Source: Flavobacteriales bacterium (GTDB taxonomy: Bacteria; Bacteroidota; Bacteroidia; Flavobacteriales_F; PHOS-HE28). From it: a stretch of DNA of 64,000 bases. The DNA lies in NCBI GenBank assembly GCA_026129465.1, contig JAHCIA010000001.1, positions 69,964-133,963 of the forward strand, given 5' to 3'. The notes under the pieces are model-generated. The model saw only the letters and a list, made by a program, of their open reading frames with translations, made no database searches and was not told the DNA's origin. A program made the translations under genes and the position numbers. Positions within the stretch are counted from its first letter, which is position 1; the number at the start of each line of letters is the position of its first letter. This document shows, one piece after another, positions 35,916 through 44,994 of the stretch.

Positions 35916-36563
35916 ATGGTATTCCCCTGGACATACGCGGCGATCGCCACCCTGGCGGCATATCTCGTGGGCAGCATTCCGGCGAGTGTGTGGTGGGGCA
36001 GGCTCTTCCATGGTGTGGATGTGCGTGAGCATGGCAGCCGCAACGCGGGTGCCACCAACACCTTCCGGGTGCTCGGCTGGCGCGCCGGGGTGCCCGTGCT
36101 GCTGATCGACATAGCCAAGGGTTTCCTGCCCGTGCGACTGCTGCCCAACCTCACGGACCTGGAGCCCGACACCGCACCTTGGATGTGGCTGCGTTTGGCC
36201 TTGGTCTTCGCTGTGGTCATCGGCCATCTCTATCCCGTGTTCGCCGGATTCCGGGGCGGCAAGGGCGTGGCCACCTCCTTGGGCGGCACACTGGCCGTGC
36301 ACCCCGGTGCGGCGGCCCTGTGCATCGGGGTCTTCGCGCTGGTCTTCCTGCTCTCGCGCTATGTCTCGCTCGGTTCGCTCTGTGCGGCGGTGGCCTTTCC
36401 CATCGCCGTGGCCCTGGTGTTCCGCGAGACCAGTCCCGTGAAGCTCGGCTTCGCCGTGGCGCTCTGCCTGCTCATCTTCTACACCCACCGCCAGAACATC
36501 GGCCGCCTGCTGCGCGGCGAGGAAAGCCGCATGGACCTGGCCCGATCCGGCAGGGCGCGATGA
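35916..36563 (+). CDS. plsY: Glycerol-3-phosphate acyltransferase PlsY.
   Basis: MVFPWTYAAIATLAAYLVGSIPASVW...HGSRNAGATN...GGKGVAT are PlsY motifs. ATG at 35916 was verified (the track start at 35910 is GTG). Confidence 0.85.
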   Translation: MVFPWTYAAIATLAAYLVGSIPASVWWGRLFHGVDVREHGSRNAGATNTFRVLGWRAGVPVLLIDIAKGFLPVRLLPNLTDLEPDTAPWMWLRLALVFAVVIGHLYPVFAGFRGGKGVATSLGGTLAVHPGAAALCIGVFALVFLLSRYVSLGSLCAAVAFPIAVALVFRETSPVKLGFAVALCLLIFYTHRQNIGRLLRGEESRMDLARSGRAR

Positions 36564-39500
36564 AACCAAGCCCCACACCCCTAGGTACAAGGGCCCACTC
36601 TCGGATGATGACCCGCTCCACGGGCATACTCTTGTCGCTGCTCTTCCCCTTCCTGGCCCAGGGCCAGGGCGGTGATGCGCAGCTTCGCGCCAAGGCCGCC
36701 GCGCTCTTCACAGAGCAGCGGTTCGCCGAGGCCCTGCCGATGTACTCGCAGCTGGTGAGCCTGTCCCCATCGGACCGGGAACTCAACTACCGCTACGGCA
36801 CCTGCCTGCTCCATGGCGGCGCGGACAAGGAGAAGGCCATCGGCCACTTGAAGTTCGCCGTGGAGGACCCCGCGACACCGGCGCAGGCCTGGTACTGGCT
36901 GGGCCGCGCGCACCACCTCAACTACCGCTTCGCGGACGCGCTCACCGCCTACCAGCGATACAAAGGCACCGCCGAGAGGAAAGTGCTGGCCGAGATGCCG
37001 GTGGACGCCCTGGAACAACAGTGCCGCAACGGCAAGAAACTGCTCTCCAACCTGAAGGAGGTGACCGTGCGCAACAAGGTGGAGGTGGCCGAGAGCGAGT
37101 TCTTCCGATTCTATGACCTCACCGATATCGGCGGTCGCATCGTGGTGATGCCCGACGAACTGAAGACGCCCCTGGACCGCAAGAGCAAACGCCGCGCGCT
37201 GATCTACCTGCCCGACAAGCCCGGACCGATCCACTACAGCAGCTATGGCAAGGAGGGGAAGACCGGCCTGGACATCTACCGCACCGAACTTCTGCCTGAT
37301 GGCCGCTTCGCGACACCACAGAAACTCGCGGGCTTCATCAACACCGACGAGGACGAGGATTTCCCCTTCCTGCACCCGGATGGGAAGACCTTCTACTTCA
37401 GCAGCAAGGGCCACAACAGCATGGGCGGCTACGACGTGTTCAAGGCCGCCTACGATCCCGGCATGGACGCCTTTGGAAGACCGGAGAACCTGGACTTCGC
37501 GGTGAACACGCCGGACGACGACATCTTCTATGTGGTGGATCCCGAACACCGGGAAGCCTGCTTCGCCAGCGGCCGCAGCAGCCAGCAGGGGCAATTGCAC
37601 GTGTATCGGGTCTCCACGCAGCGCCAGCCATTGATCATCACCGTGCTCAAGGGCACCTACGCCAGTGAGTTCGATGCCAACGACCGACGGGCGCGCATCG
37701 TGGTGGAGGACGCCATGTCACGTGAGCAGGTCGCTGATGCGCGCACGGACATGAATGGCGAGTACGTACTGGCCCTGCCCCGCAGCGGTCGTTTCCGTTT
37801 TCTGGTGGATTGTGGCCCCAGTGGCAAGACCCACATCGGCCAGGTGGAAGTTCCCCGCAACGAGCAGCCCAAGGCCTACCGGCAGGAATTGGGTCTGGTG
37901 CGCCATGGCGATCAGGAGAAGCTTGTGATCCGCAACTATTTTGATACCCCGCTGGATGACGACCTCATCGCACTGGCCATGGACGAGATACGGCGGCGGG
38001 CCAGACTGGACATCACGGAAGCGCCTGTCGTGGACGCCACGCCAGCCAATGAAGCACCGGTGGCGGACGTGATGACAAGAGCCGGTTTCACAGGCGACAT
38101 CGACAAGCAGGCGGCATTGCGGATCGCCGAAGAGGATGCCGCCGACCTGGATCGCCAGGCCATGGAACTGGATGGCCGCGCCAAGGAGGCCTGGACCATA
38201 GCGTTGGAGGCGATCGCCGAAGCGGAGCGTGGCACGAAGGAGGCTTCGGCGCTGTTGGAAAGCGCCGCCAACGAGGATGACGATCGCCTGCGTGACCAGC
38301 GCATGACCGAGGCCGCGAGACTGCGGCAGCACGCACGCGAAGCGGGTCAACGGGCCCAGGCGGCGCAACGCACCGCGCGCGATCTGGAGAACGAGGAATT
38401 GGCCACGCGCCAACAGGCCGCACAAGCGGGCAAGCTCGCCACCGACCTGCGGACCACGCTTTCCACCGGCAAGGACGAACAAGCCCTGCCGCACTTGACC
38501 GCCTTGCGTGAGCGGGTCGATCTGCGTGGCAGCGCACAGGCGCAGGCGGACATCACCGAACGCATGCGCCGCGATGCCGCGGATCAGGAACGCGAGTCCG
38601 CCAAGGCCCTGCAACGGGCACAGGCCAAGCGTGGTGAGGAGAATGAGCTGGCCGATCGCATCAGGCGCCTGGAACGCGAGGAACAGGAAGCCAAAGGCAG
38701 GTCGCGCAAGGACCAGATCGCCGCGGAACTGACCCAATTGCGCGAGCAGCATGGCCATTTGAAGCAGGAGACCGCCGCCGCTTTCGCAAAGGCGCGCACC
38801 ATGGAACGGGACGCCACCCTCATGCGCGGGCAGGCTTCCCTGGCGCGGCATCTGGTCTCGACCAACGACCGTGGCAGTGTCACCGTGCCCGATCAGGGAA
38901 AGCGCGATGGCCTGGCCACACGGATCGTGCAGGCCCAGGATCGCATCGAGGCATTGCCCATCGACGAACGCTTCGATGCCATGATCGCCGCATCGCCGGC
39001 CGACGTGGAGGCCCGGACATTCGACTGGGACCTGGCCACCGCAGGTGTGGCCATGGGTGGCGTACGGCCCGGCACACGTGCCATGGACCGCGGCGAGGAG
39101 GATGCGCAGCGCGCGGCCGCACGTTCCACGGTTATCGCATCGGAAGGCACCGCTGATGCCGCGACGCCGAAAGGAGCTCGCGTGGAACAGCCGGGGATCT
39201 CCAAGGACGCGCCCGACGCGGAGGAGGCCATCGCCGCGAGGACGAACCCAGGCACGGAGAAAGCGGCGCCTCGCACCACGGAGATCCAGCGGACGGAGGC
39301 CATTGACGCGCCACGCCGGGCCGAGGTGAAGGAGGTCGCAGCGAATGCGGATGACCGTTTCATGCTGGAGAATGAAGCGGCTGAGCTGCGCCAGATGGCG
39401 GCGGCCGAAAGGAACAAGGTCCGTCGGGACAGTCTGGAGCGGCGCGCGGTGGAACTGGAACGCAGGATCGCCTTGTCCCCGAGCGCGCCGATCGATGACG

Positions 39501-42500
39501 CGCCTGCCGCGACCACGGAGCTTGGAGCGGCATGGAGTGAGGACGGAGAGGACCTCGCCGATGCGCGGCCGCAGGACCCCACACGCGTACCCCTCGTTTT
39601 CGGGCCGGACGCGAAGCCTGAGGAGATCATTGACCGCCTGTACCCTGGCTACCAGGGCGACAAGACCCGCTTGGAACGCTTGACGGATGCCGATGAACGC
39701 GCCGCCGGTCTGCATGGCCTGGAGTTGATGCTGGCGGACAGCATCCGCGGCGAAATGGCCCTGCAGGTGGCCGTGCTCGAACTGGATCCTTTGCAGGCCG
39801 ATCGCGTGCTGCCGCGCGTGGAGCGCCTCCGGAAGTTGAGGGAGGAGCACCTGCGCCTTGCCGAGGAACATCTCGCCGGCCGCCAGCGTGAGATCGCCGA
39901 GCTCGCGGCCGATGCCGGAAGCGAAGCACCGGCGAACGCCAATGGCAAGCGACATGGCAACGGTACCGTGGGCCACGATCCCATTCTCGATCGCTTCGTG
40001 GCCTATGCCGAGGATGTCCGGCAGGTCTATGCCAGCCGTGTCGCCTACCGTTCGAAGAAGGTGGATGACGCCGTGGCCTTCAAGGACGCCGACCTGGTGC
40101 GGATCGAAGCGCTGACCGGCCAGATCGATTCTCTGGTGCATGAAGCCGCCGGGAAGCCGCGCAAAGAGTACGACCGGTTGCAGCGCAACGCGGATCGCCT
40201 GCGCGATGAGCAGCTCATCATCAGCACGGACATGGGCCAGCGCACGGCATTCCTCAGCCGTGAGGAATGGCGGGTGGCGCAGGACAGTCTGAAAGGCCAG
40301 GAGAAGACCGTGTCCAAGCGGGGGCTGCCGCCCACCGAGCCGCTGTTGTTGATGGCCCAGGGAATGAAAAGCGACGCGCAGCGCCAGTTCGATCAGGCCG
40401 CCCAGTTGCGCAAACGCGCGGACCGCATCGACGACATCATGGAGCGCGACAGCCTGTATCGCACCGCCTATGGCCTGGAGTTGCAGGCGCTTCGCGAGTT
40501 GGACCGTGCCTTGACGGTGAACAGCCACTTGGCCGGAGGGGACCATCTGCGTGGCGAAACGCTCACCTACGAGCAGGTGGCGATGAAGGTGTTCGGCATC
40601 ACCGAAACGATGCTTGCCGATGCGCGCCGTCCCGCGACTCCGGCCGCGCGATCGCGTGAGGAAGTACAAGCGGAGAAGCCCGCCGTGGAGCTGGCATTGC
40701 GTGATGTGGTCGCGGAACGTGATGAAGCGCAGGAAGCTTCGCGTGCGTTCAATGCGGCCCCTGTTGCGCCGCCCTTGGTGGCCGATGATGCCGTGGCCAT
40801 CGTGCGCACGACCGAAGCGGAGACCGTCACGGAGCGACCGGCGCCGGCCGAAGATCCGCGCGTGGCGGAAGCGCGTGCCAGGGCCGAGGCGGATGCGCAG
40901 CGCAGGGAAGCCGCTGTGGCACCCACGGCGGATGAGGTCTTGAAGCGTTACAAGCACTTCCTCGATCCCGATCTGGCGCAGCTGGCCTCCATGGACATGA
41001 AGGAGCCTGCCGCACCGCGTCTGATGGACCAGCGCGTGGAGCGCGCCACCACGGAGGCCGCCGCCCTGGAGCGCGTGGCCGTGGCCAAGGCCGATCGTGC
41101 GACCTTCCTGGAGGACAGTGCGGCCACACTGAAGAAAGGCAAGCGCGCCGAGGTGGAACGCCTCGCGGTGCGCACACGGGTGGAGTCCGATTCGCTCATG
41201 GCGCTGTCGGTGAAACGCAACGAGGATGCCCGCACCTGGACGCGGGAGCAACGTGAGGCCGAGGATCTCGCCGCGCTGCGCGATAGGTTGTCGCGCTACT
41301 ATTATCTGGACGCGGAGGAAATGGACATGGTGCTGAACGACGCGGACCAGAGCAGATACTTCCAGGCCAAGACCCGGGCCTTGGAACAGTACGATGCGGC
41401 CTCCGAGGCCGATGCGGCAGCCAAGGGCCTGCGCGAGCTGGCCGCGGTGCTGCGCACCACCGCGCCCCGATCGCCTGCCGACGCCGTGCAACGCGAGCGC
41501 GCCGCGGTGCTGAACACCCGTGCGGACGCATGGCAGGCCAAGGCTGATTCGTTGGACAATGTGGCCGCGCGCCTGCGCGCCGCGGCCTCCATCAATGAAG
41601 GCCAGGCCACCGTGCTGCTGCAGGGGCTTTCGCAACAGGACCCCAGTGGTCTGATGGCGCTGGAAATGCGTGCCCGTCGCACCGAACCCCTGCTGGGCGA
41701 AGCGCACGCTGAGGCCGGGTTCCCTAAAGCGCCGAAAGAGACCGTCACGGCCCCGGCGCCTGCCGCTGCGGTGACGCCTGCTCCCGTTCCGGAAGCACCA
41801 GTGGCCGCCACCATGGAGGTGGCCACCCTGCGCATGCCGGATGAGCTCGTCAGCGACATGTTCGAGTTGCGCCTGGCCGGCACGCGGCGCATGGAGCCGA
41901 TCCCGATCGATGCCGCCATGCCGCGAGGTCTGGTGTACAAGGTGCAGATCGGGGCCTTCCGCCGCCCGGTGCCCGAGGAGGCTTTCAGCGACATGAGCCC
42001 CATGACGGGCGAGCGTCTTGAGAATGGGGTGGTGCGTTACATGGCCGGCATGTTCACCGGCTATGAGCAGGCCGCCGCCGCCAAGGACAAAGTGCGCGAT
42101 CGCGGATACCGGGACGCCTTCGTGGTGGCCTATCTGGATGGCAAGCGTGTCACGCTGACGGAGGCCAGCCGCATGGGCGGAGGACGTCCTGCGGCGGCTG
42201 TTGCCAGTGGTACCGCCACACCACCGGCCGCAACGGTGGCTACCATCGAGCGGCCCCTGCCCGCGGCACCACCGGCCGCCGCCACGGAGGTGCTGGCGAA
42301 CTATCCCCCCACGGCCGAGGCCATTCTTTCGGCATTCGCTCCGGTGGCGGAAGCGACCAGCTACTACAATGTGCCGGGCGCCGCTCCTGCGCGGCAGGTG
42401 GAGACCATCCAAGGCCTCTTCTTCACCGTGCAGGTGGGTGTGTACAGCAGGCCCGTGGCGCTGGACAAGCTCTTCAACATCACACCGCTCAACAGCGAGC

Positions 42501-42700
42501 GGATCGAGGGCGGCAAGGTCCGATACACCAGTGGGCTGCATCTGGACATGGAGAGCGCGCGTACCGGCCGCGAACAGGCCATCGCCCGCGGCGTGAAGGA
42601 TGCCTTCGTCACCGCCTACCTCAACGGGCGCCGCATCCCCATGGGTGAAGCGAACGCCTTGTTGGAGCGCTTTGGCCCGTCGATCCTGGCCAAACCCTGA
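36560..42700 (+). CDS. Giant secreted protein: TPR-like N-terminus, PD40/TolB-like beta-propeller repeats, a carboxypeptidase-regulatory-like domain, a ~1300-aa Ala/Glu/Arg/Asp-rich coiled-coil region and two C-terminal SPOR domains.
   Basis: ATG 36560 overlaps the plsY stop (ATGA); the alternative ATG 36605 gives MMTRSTGILLSLLFPFLAQG. The PD40 block is FYFSSKGHNSMGGYDVFKA. The SPOR domains are LVYKVQIGAFRRPV...YRDAFVVAY and LFFTVQVGVYSRPV...KDAFVTAY. The track ORF from 36179 carries a spurious 127-aa extension. Confidence 0.7.
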   Translation: MKPSPTPLGTRAHSRMMTRSTGILLSLLFPFLAQGQGGDAQLRAKAAALFTEQRFAEALPMYSQLVSLSPSDRELNYRYGTCLLHGGADKEKAIGHLKFAVEDPATPAQAWYWLGRAHHLNYRFADALTAYQRYKGTAERKVLAEMPVDALEQQCRNGKKLLSNLKEVTVRNKVEVAESEFFRFYDLTDIGGRIVVMPDELKTPLDRKSKRRALIYLPDKPGPIHYSSYGKEGKTGLDIYRTELLPDGRFATPQKLAGFINTDEDEDFPFLHPDGKTFYFSSKGHNSMGGYDVFKAAYDPGMDAFGRPENLDFAVNTPDDDIFYVVDPEHREACFASGRSSQQGQLHVYRVSTQRQPLIITVLKGTYASEFDANDRRARIVVEDAMSREQVADARTDMNGEYVLALPRSGRFRFLVDCGPSGKTHIGQVEVPRNEQPKAYRQELGLVRHGDQEKLVIRNYFDTPLDDDLIALAMDEIRRRARLDITEAPVVDATPANEAPVADVMTRAGFTGDIDKQAALRIAEEDAADLDRQAMELDGRAKEAWTIALEAIAEAERGTKEASALLESAANEDDDRLRDQRMTEAARLRQHAREAGQRAQAAQRTARDLENEELATRQQAAQAGKLATDLRTTLSTGKDEQALPHLTALRERVDLRGSAQAQADITERMRRDAADQERESAKALQRAQAKRGEENELADRIRRLEREEQEAKGRSRKDQIAAELTQLREQHGHLKQETAAAFAKARTMERDATLMRGQASLARHLVSTNDRGSVTVPDQGKRDGLATRIVQAQDRIEALPIDERFDAMIAASPADVEARTFDWDLATAGVAMGGVRPGTRAMDRGEEDAQRAAARSTVIASEGTADAATPKGARVEQPGISKDAPDAEEAIAARTNPGTEKAAPRTTEIQRTEAIDAPRRAEVKEVAANADDRFMLENEAAELRQMAAAERNKVRRDSLERRAVELERRIALSPSAPIDDAPAATTELGAAWSEDGEDLADARPQDPTRVPLVFGPDAKPEEIIDRLYPGYQGDKTRLERLTDADERAAGLHGLELMLADSIRGEMALQVAVLELDPLQADRVLPRVERLRKLREEHLRLAEEHLAGRQREIAELAADAGSEAPANANGKRHGNGTVGHDPILDRFVAYAEDVRQVYASRVAYRSKKVDDAVAFKDADLVRIEALTGQIDSLVHEAAGKPRKEYDRLQRNADRLRDEQLIISTDMGQRTAFLSREEWRVAQDSLKGQEKTVSKRGLPPTEPLLLMAQGMKSDAQRQFDQAAQLRKRADRIDDIMERDSLYRTAYGLELQALRELDRALTVNSHLAGGDHLRGETLTYEQVAMKVFGITETMLADARRPATPAARSREEVQAEKPAVELALRDVVAERDEAQEASRAFNAAPVAPPLVADDAVAIVRTTEAETVTERPAPAEDPRVAEARARAEADAQRREAAVAPTADEVLKRYKHFLDPDLAQLASMDMKEPAAPRLMDQRVERATTEAAALERVAVAKADRATFLEDSAATLKKGKRAEVERLAVRTRVESDSLMALSVKRNEDARTWTREQREAEDLAALRDRLSRYYYLDAEEMDMVLNDADQSRYFQAKTRALEQYDAASEADAAAKGLRELAAVLRTTAPRSPADAVQRERAAVLNTRADAWQAKADSLDNVAARLRAAASINEGQATVLLQGLSQQDPSGLMALEMRARRTEPLLGEAHAEAGFPKAPKETVTAPAPAAAVTPAPVPEAPVAATMEVATLRMPDELVSDMFELRLAGTRRMEPIPIDAAMPRGLVYKVQIGAFRRPVPEEAFSDMSPMTGERLENGVVRYMAGMFTGYEQAAAAKDKVRDRGYRDAFVVAYLDGKRVTLTEASRMGGGRPAAAVASGTATPPAATVATIERPLPAAPPAAATEVLANYPPTAEAILSAFAPVAEATSYYNVPGAAPARQVETIQGLFFTVQVGVYSRPVALDKLFNITPLNSERIEGGKVRYTSGLHLDMESARTGREQAIARGVKDAFVTAYLNGRRIPMGEANALLERFGPSILAKP

Positions 42701-42770
42701 TCCCGTCCGCATCCCGATCCGGATGGCGGCACCTGGCCCGCTACATTTGCGGTACACCTGCCCATTCGAG

Positions 42771-43052
42771 ATGAGTACCAAGCACGGACACGAGGAGGCG
42801 CTGCTGGAGGAGATCCTCCAGGAGCCTGGCACCAGCAAGGAGATCATCCTGCACAACGACGATGTGAACACCTTCGATCATGTGATCGACTGCCTGGTGG
42901 AGATCTGCGGACACGACCCCATCCAGGCCGAGCAATGCGCGTGGATCGTGCATCACAACGGCAAGTGCAGCGTGAAGCGTGGCACCTTCGACCAACTGGA
43001 GCCGCGTTGCACGGCCTTGCAGGACCGCGGCCTTTCCGCCATCATCGCCTGA
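42771..43052 (+). CDS. clpS: ATP-dependent Clp protease adaptor ClpS.
   Basis: A 93-aa ORF; ILHNDDVNTFDHVIDCLVEICGH...AEQCAWIVHHNGKCSVKRGTFD is the ClpS core. ATG at 42771 was verified. Confidence 0.85.
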   Translation: MSTKHGHEEALLEEILQEPGTSKEIILHNDDVNTFDHVIDCLVEICGHDPIQAEQCAWIVHHNGKCSVKRGTFDQLEPRCTALQDRGLSAIIA

Positions 43053-43055
43053 GCC

Positions 43056-43853
43056 ATGTGGATGCGAGCGATGGCCATCCTGCTGCTTGCCGGTCTGTTG
43101 ACGGCCTGTGCCAAGGTGCCCATCACCGGACGGCGGCAGATGAACCTGATCAACGAGACCACGCTGATCGGCATGGCCGATGAGCAGTACCGCGAATTCC
43201 TGCGCACCCATCAAGTGCTGCCGCCCAACGATCCACGTGCGCAACAGGTGCGCGGCTGCGGCGACAGGATCGCGGCGGCGGTGACGAAGTACCTCACGGA
43301 GAACGGCATGCAGAACCGCGTGGGCCAGTTCCAATGGGAATTCAACACGGTGCAGGACCCCACCGTGAATGCCTGGTGCATGCCCGGCGGCAAAGTCGTC
43401 TTCTACACCGGCATCCTGCCCGTCACCGCCACCGAGACCGGCCTGGCCGTGGTGATGGGGCACGAAGTGGCGCACGCCGTGGCACGCCATGGCAACGAGC
43501 GGATGAGCCAGGCCATCGCCCTGGAGGGTGCGGGTATGACGCTGGAAGTGCTCACCAGCCAGAAGCCCGGATTGACACGCGATATCTTCCTGCAAAGCAT
43601 GGGTCTGGGCAGCGGACTGGGCATGCTCGCCTTCAGTCGCAAGCACGAGACCGAGGCCGACAAGTTGGGCCTGATCTTCATGGCCATGGCGGGCTACGAT
43701 CCGCGCGAGGCGCCCATGTTCTGGGAGCGCATGAGCGCCCAGAGCGCCGGCCAGGCCCCGCCCGAACTGCTCAGCACGCACCCCAGCGATGCCACGCGCA
43801 TCCGCGATCTGGAGGCCTACATGCCCGAGGCGCTCAAGTATTACAAGCCCTGA
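43056..43853 (+). CDS. M48-family zinc metallopeptidase lipoprotein (HtpX/Ste24-like).
   Basis: Has the lipobox signal MWMRAMAILLLAGLLTAC, an HEVAHAV zinc motif and a downstream ETEADKLG third ligand. Confidence 0.75.
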   Translation: MWMRAMAILLLAGLLTACAKVPITGRRQMNLINETTLIGMADEQYREFLRTHQVLPPNDPRAQQVRGCGDRIAAAVTKYLTENGMQNRVGQFQWEFNTVQDPTVNAWCMPGGKVVFYTGILPVTATETGLAVVMGHEVAHAVARHGNERMSQAIALEGAGMTLEVLTSQKPGLTRDIFLQSMGLGSGLGMLAFSRKHETEADKLGLIFMAMAGYDPREAPMFWERMSAQSAGQAPPELLSTHPSDATRIRDLEAYMPEALKYYKP

Positions 43854-43857
43854 GGCC

Positions 43858-44610
43858 ATGGCCTTGGGCAAGGGCATCGCGCGCAACGCCGTCCTCGCCT
43901 TCGGGCTGCTCTATCGAATGCTGCGCCGGCCACTTCGGGCCGTGATCTTCACGCTCGGCGCCAGTGCGCTAATGATGATCATGCTGGCTTTCACCCGTGT
44001 ACCATTCGATCTGCATCGCTGGTTGGGAACGGCAGCGGGCGGGATGGACCGGGCCGCGGAGGCCGAGCTGATCGTGGTGCTGGGTGGCAGTGGCATGCCC
44101 TCGGGACCCGAGTTGTTGAGACTGCACCATGCGGCGGCGTTGGCCGAGAACACCCCGGGCGCCGTGGTGGTGGTGATGCATCCGCACGACACGGCCGTGA
44201 TGGACGCCATGTTGGGCGAGTTGTCGCTGCGCGGGGTGGACAATGGGCGCATGACGCCATTGCTGGATGGTGCCAATACCCGCGAGCAGGCTCTTGCGCT
44301 ACGTGCTGCCATGCCCGGTACCATGGCGCGGCGGATCGCCCTGGTCACGGCGCCGGAGAACTGCTACCGCAGCGTGCGGGCTTTTCGGCGGGCGGGATTC
44401 GCCAACGTGAAAGGTGAGCCGGCCTGGGACACTCCGATGTTCATCGACCTGGACTACGACCACCGACGGGTGGGGGGGAAGCCCTACGTGCCGGACGTCT
44501 CCGCCAGCGCCGCCCTGCGCTACGACTTCTGGAACCGCCTGAAATTGGAGATCACCTGTCTGCGCGAGTTCGTGGCCATCGGCTACTACCGGCTCAATGG
44601 CTGGATCTGA
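43858..44610 (+). CDS. DUF218 (YdcF/ElyC/SanA-like) domain membrane protein.
   Basis: An N-terminal TM helix is followed by LIVVLGGSGMPSGPE..L...A..LA and the ...RIALVTAPENCYRSV... pattern of the DUF218 family. ATG at 43858 was verified. Confidence 0.5.
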   Translation: MALGKGIARNAVLAFGLLYRMLRRPLRAVIFTLGASALMMIMLAFTRVPFDLHRWLGTAAGGMDRAAEAELIVVLGGSGMPSGPELLRLHHAAALAENTPGAVVVVMHPHDTAVMDAMLGELSLRGVDNGRMTPLLDGANTREQALALRAAMPGTMARRIALVTAPENCYRSVRAFRRAGFANVKGEPAWDTPMFIDLDYDHRRVGGKPYVPDVSASAALRYDFWNRLKLEITCLREFVAIGYYRLNGWI

Positions 44611-44696
44611 TCCCGGATGCGACCCGGAGCATCCCCGTTGTGGACCTATCCCTATCTTCGCCGCCGCTTTCCAGCAGATCCACCTGGATGGCATCG

Positions 44697-44770
44697 GGAC
44701 CCGTAGCTCAATTGGATAGAGCATCTGACTACGGATCAGAAGGTTTGGGGTTCGAATCCCTACGGGTCCG
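44697..44770 (+). tRNA. tRNA-Arg (anticodon ACG).
   Basis: The cloverleaf was folded by hand. The acceptor stem GGACCCG/CGGGTCC has 7 perfect pairs. D-arm is TAGCTCAATTGGATAGAGC, anticodon stem TCTGA/TCAGA with loop CTACGGA, T-arm TGGGG-TTCGAAT-CCCTA, discriminator G. CCA is not encoded. Confidence 0.85.
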
Positions 44771-44780
44771 CTGACCACAA

Positions 44781-44814
44781 CGAGGCCTCCGCCATGCGGG
44801 GGCCTCGTGTTTTT
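44781..44814 (+). terminator. Rho-independent terminator after the tRNA (cgaggcctccgc-catg-cgggggcctcg, then TGTTTTT).
   Basis: Read directly from the sequence. Confidence 0.65.
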
Positions 44815-44994
44815 CAGGTCGCTGGGCCAAGGTCTGGCCACTGGTCCCCAAACGGGCGATCGCGGGTTCCTGCACGGTGTGGAAACCACGCCCCCCGCCC
44901 CGCCGTACGAGCACCGGCATACGTCCATGCGATCCTCCCGGACAAGCGCAGGGAACCATGGCGGGCCGACTCCAAGAACCTGAACAACAGACAC

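Noticed and set aside
36179-36559. A 127-aa N-terminal extension of the giant TolB/SPOR ORF.
   Set aside because: It overlaps plsY in another frame and has a Gly/Arg-rich non-coding composition. The ATG at 36560 (coupled to the plsY stop) or 36605 gives a signal peptide.
42600-42770. A 57-aa N-terminal extension of clpS.
   Set aside because: Pro/Ser-rich with no homology. ClpS proteins are ~90-100 aa, and the ATG at 42771 gives the canonical length.
37718-42871. A 1717-aa ORF on the minus strand.
   Set aside because: It is antisense to the Ala/Glu/Arg-rich coiled-coil region of the 36560-42700 gene. GC-rich, GCN/CGN-dominated sequence lacks stop codons on both strands. The translated product is low-complexity Arg/Gly/His-rich with no domain signal.
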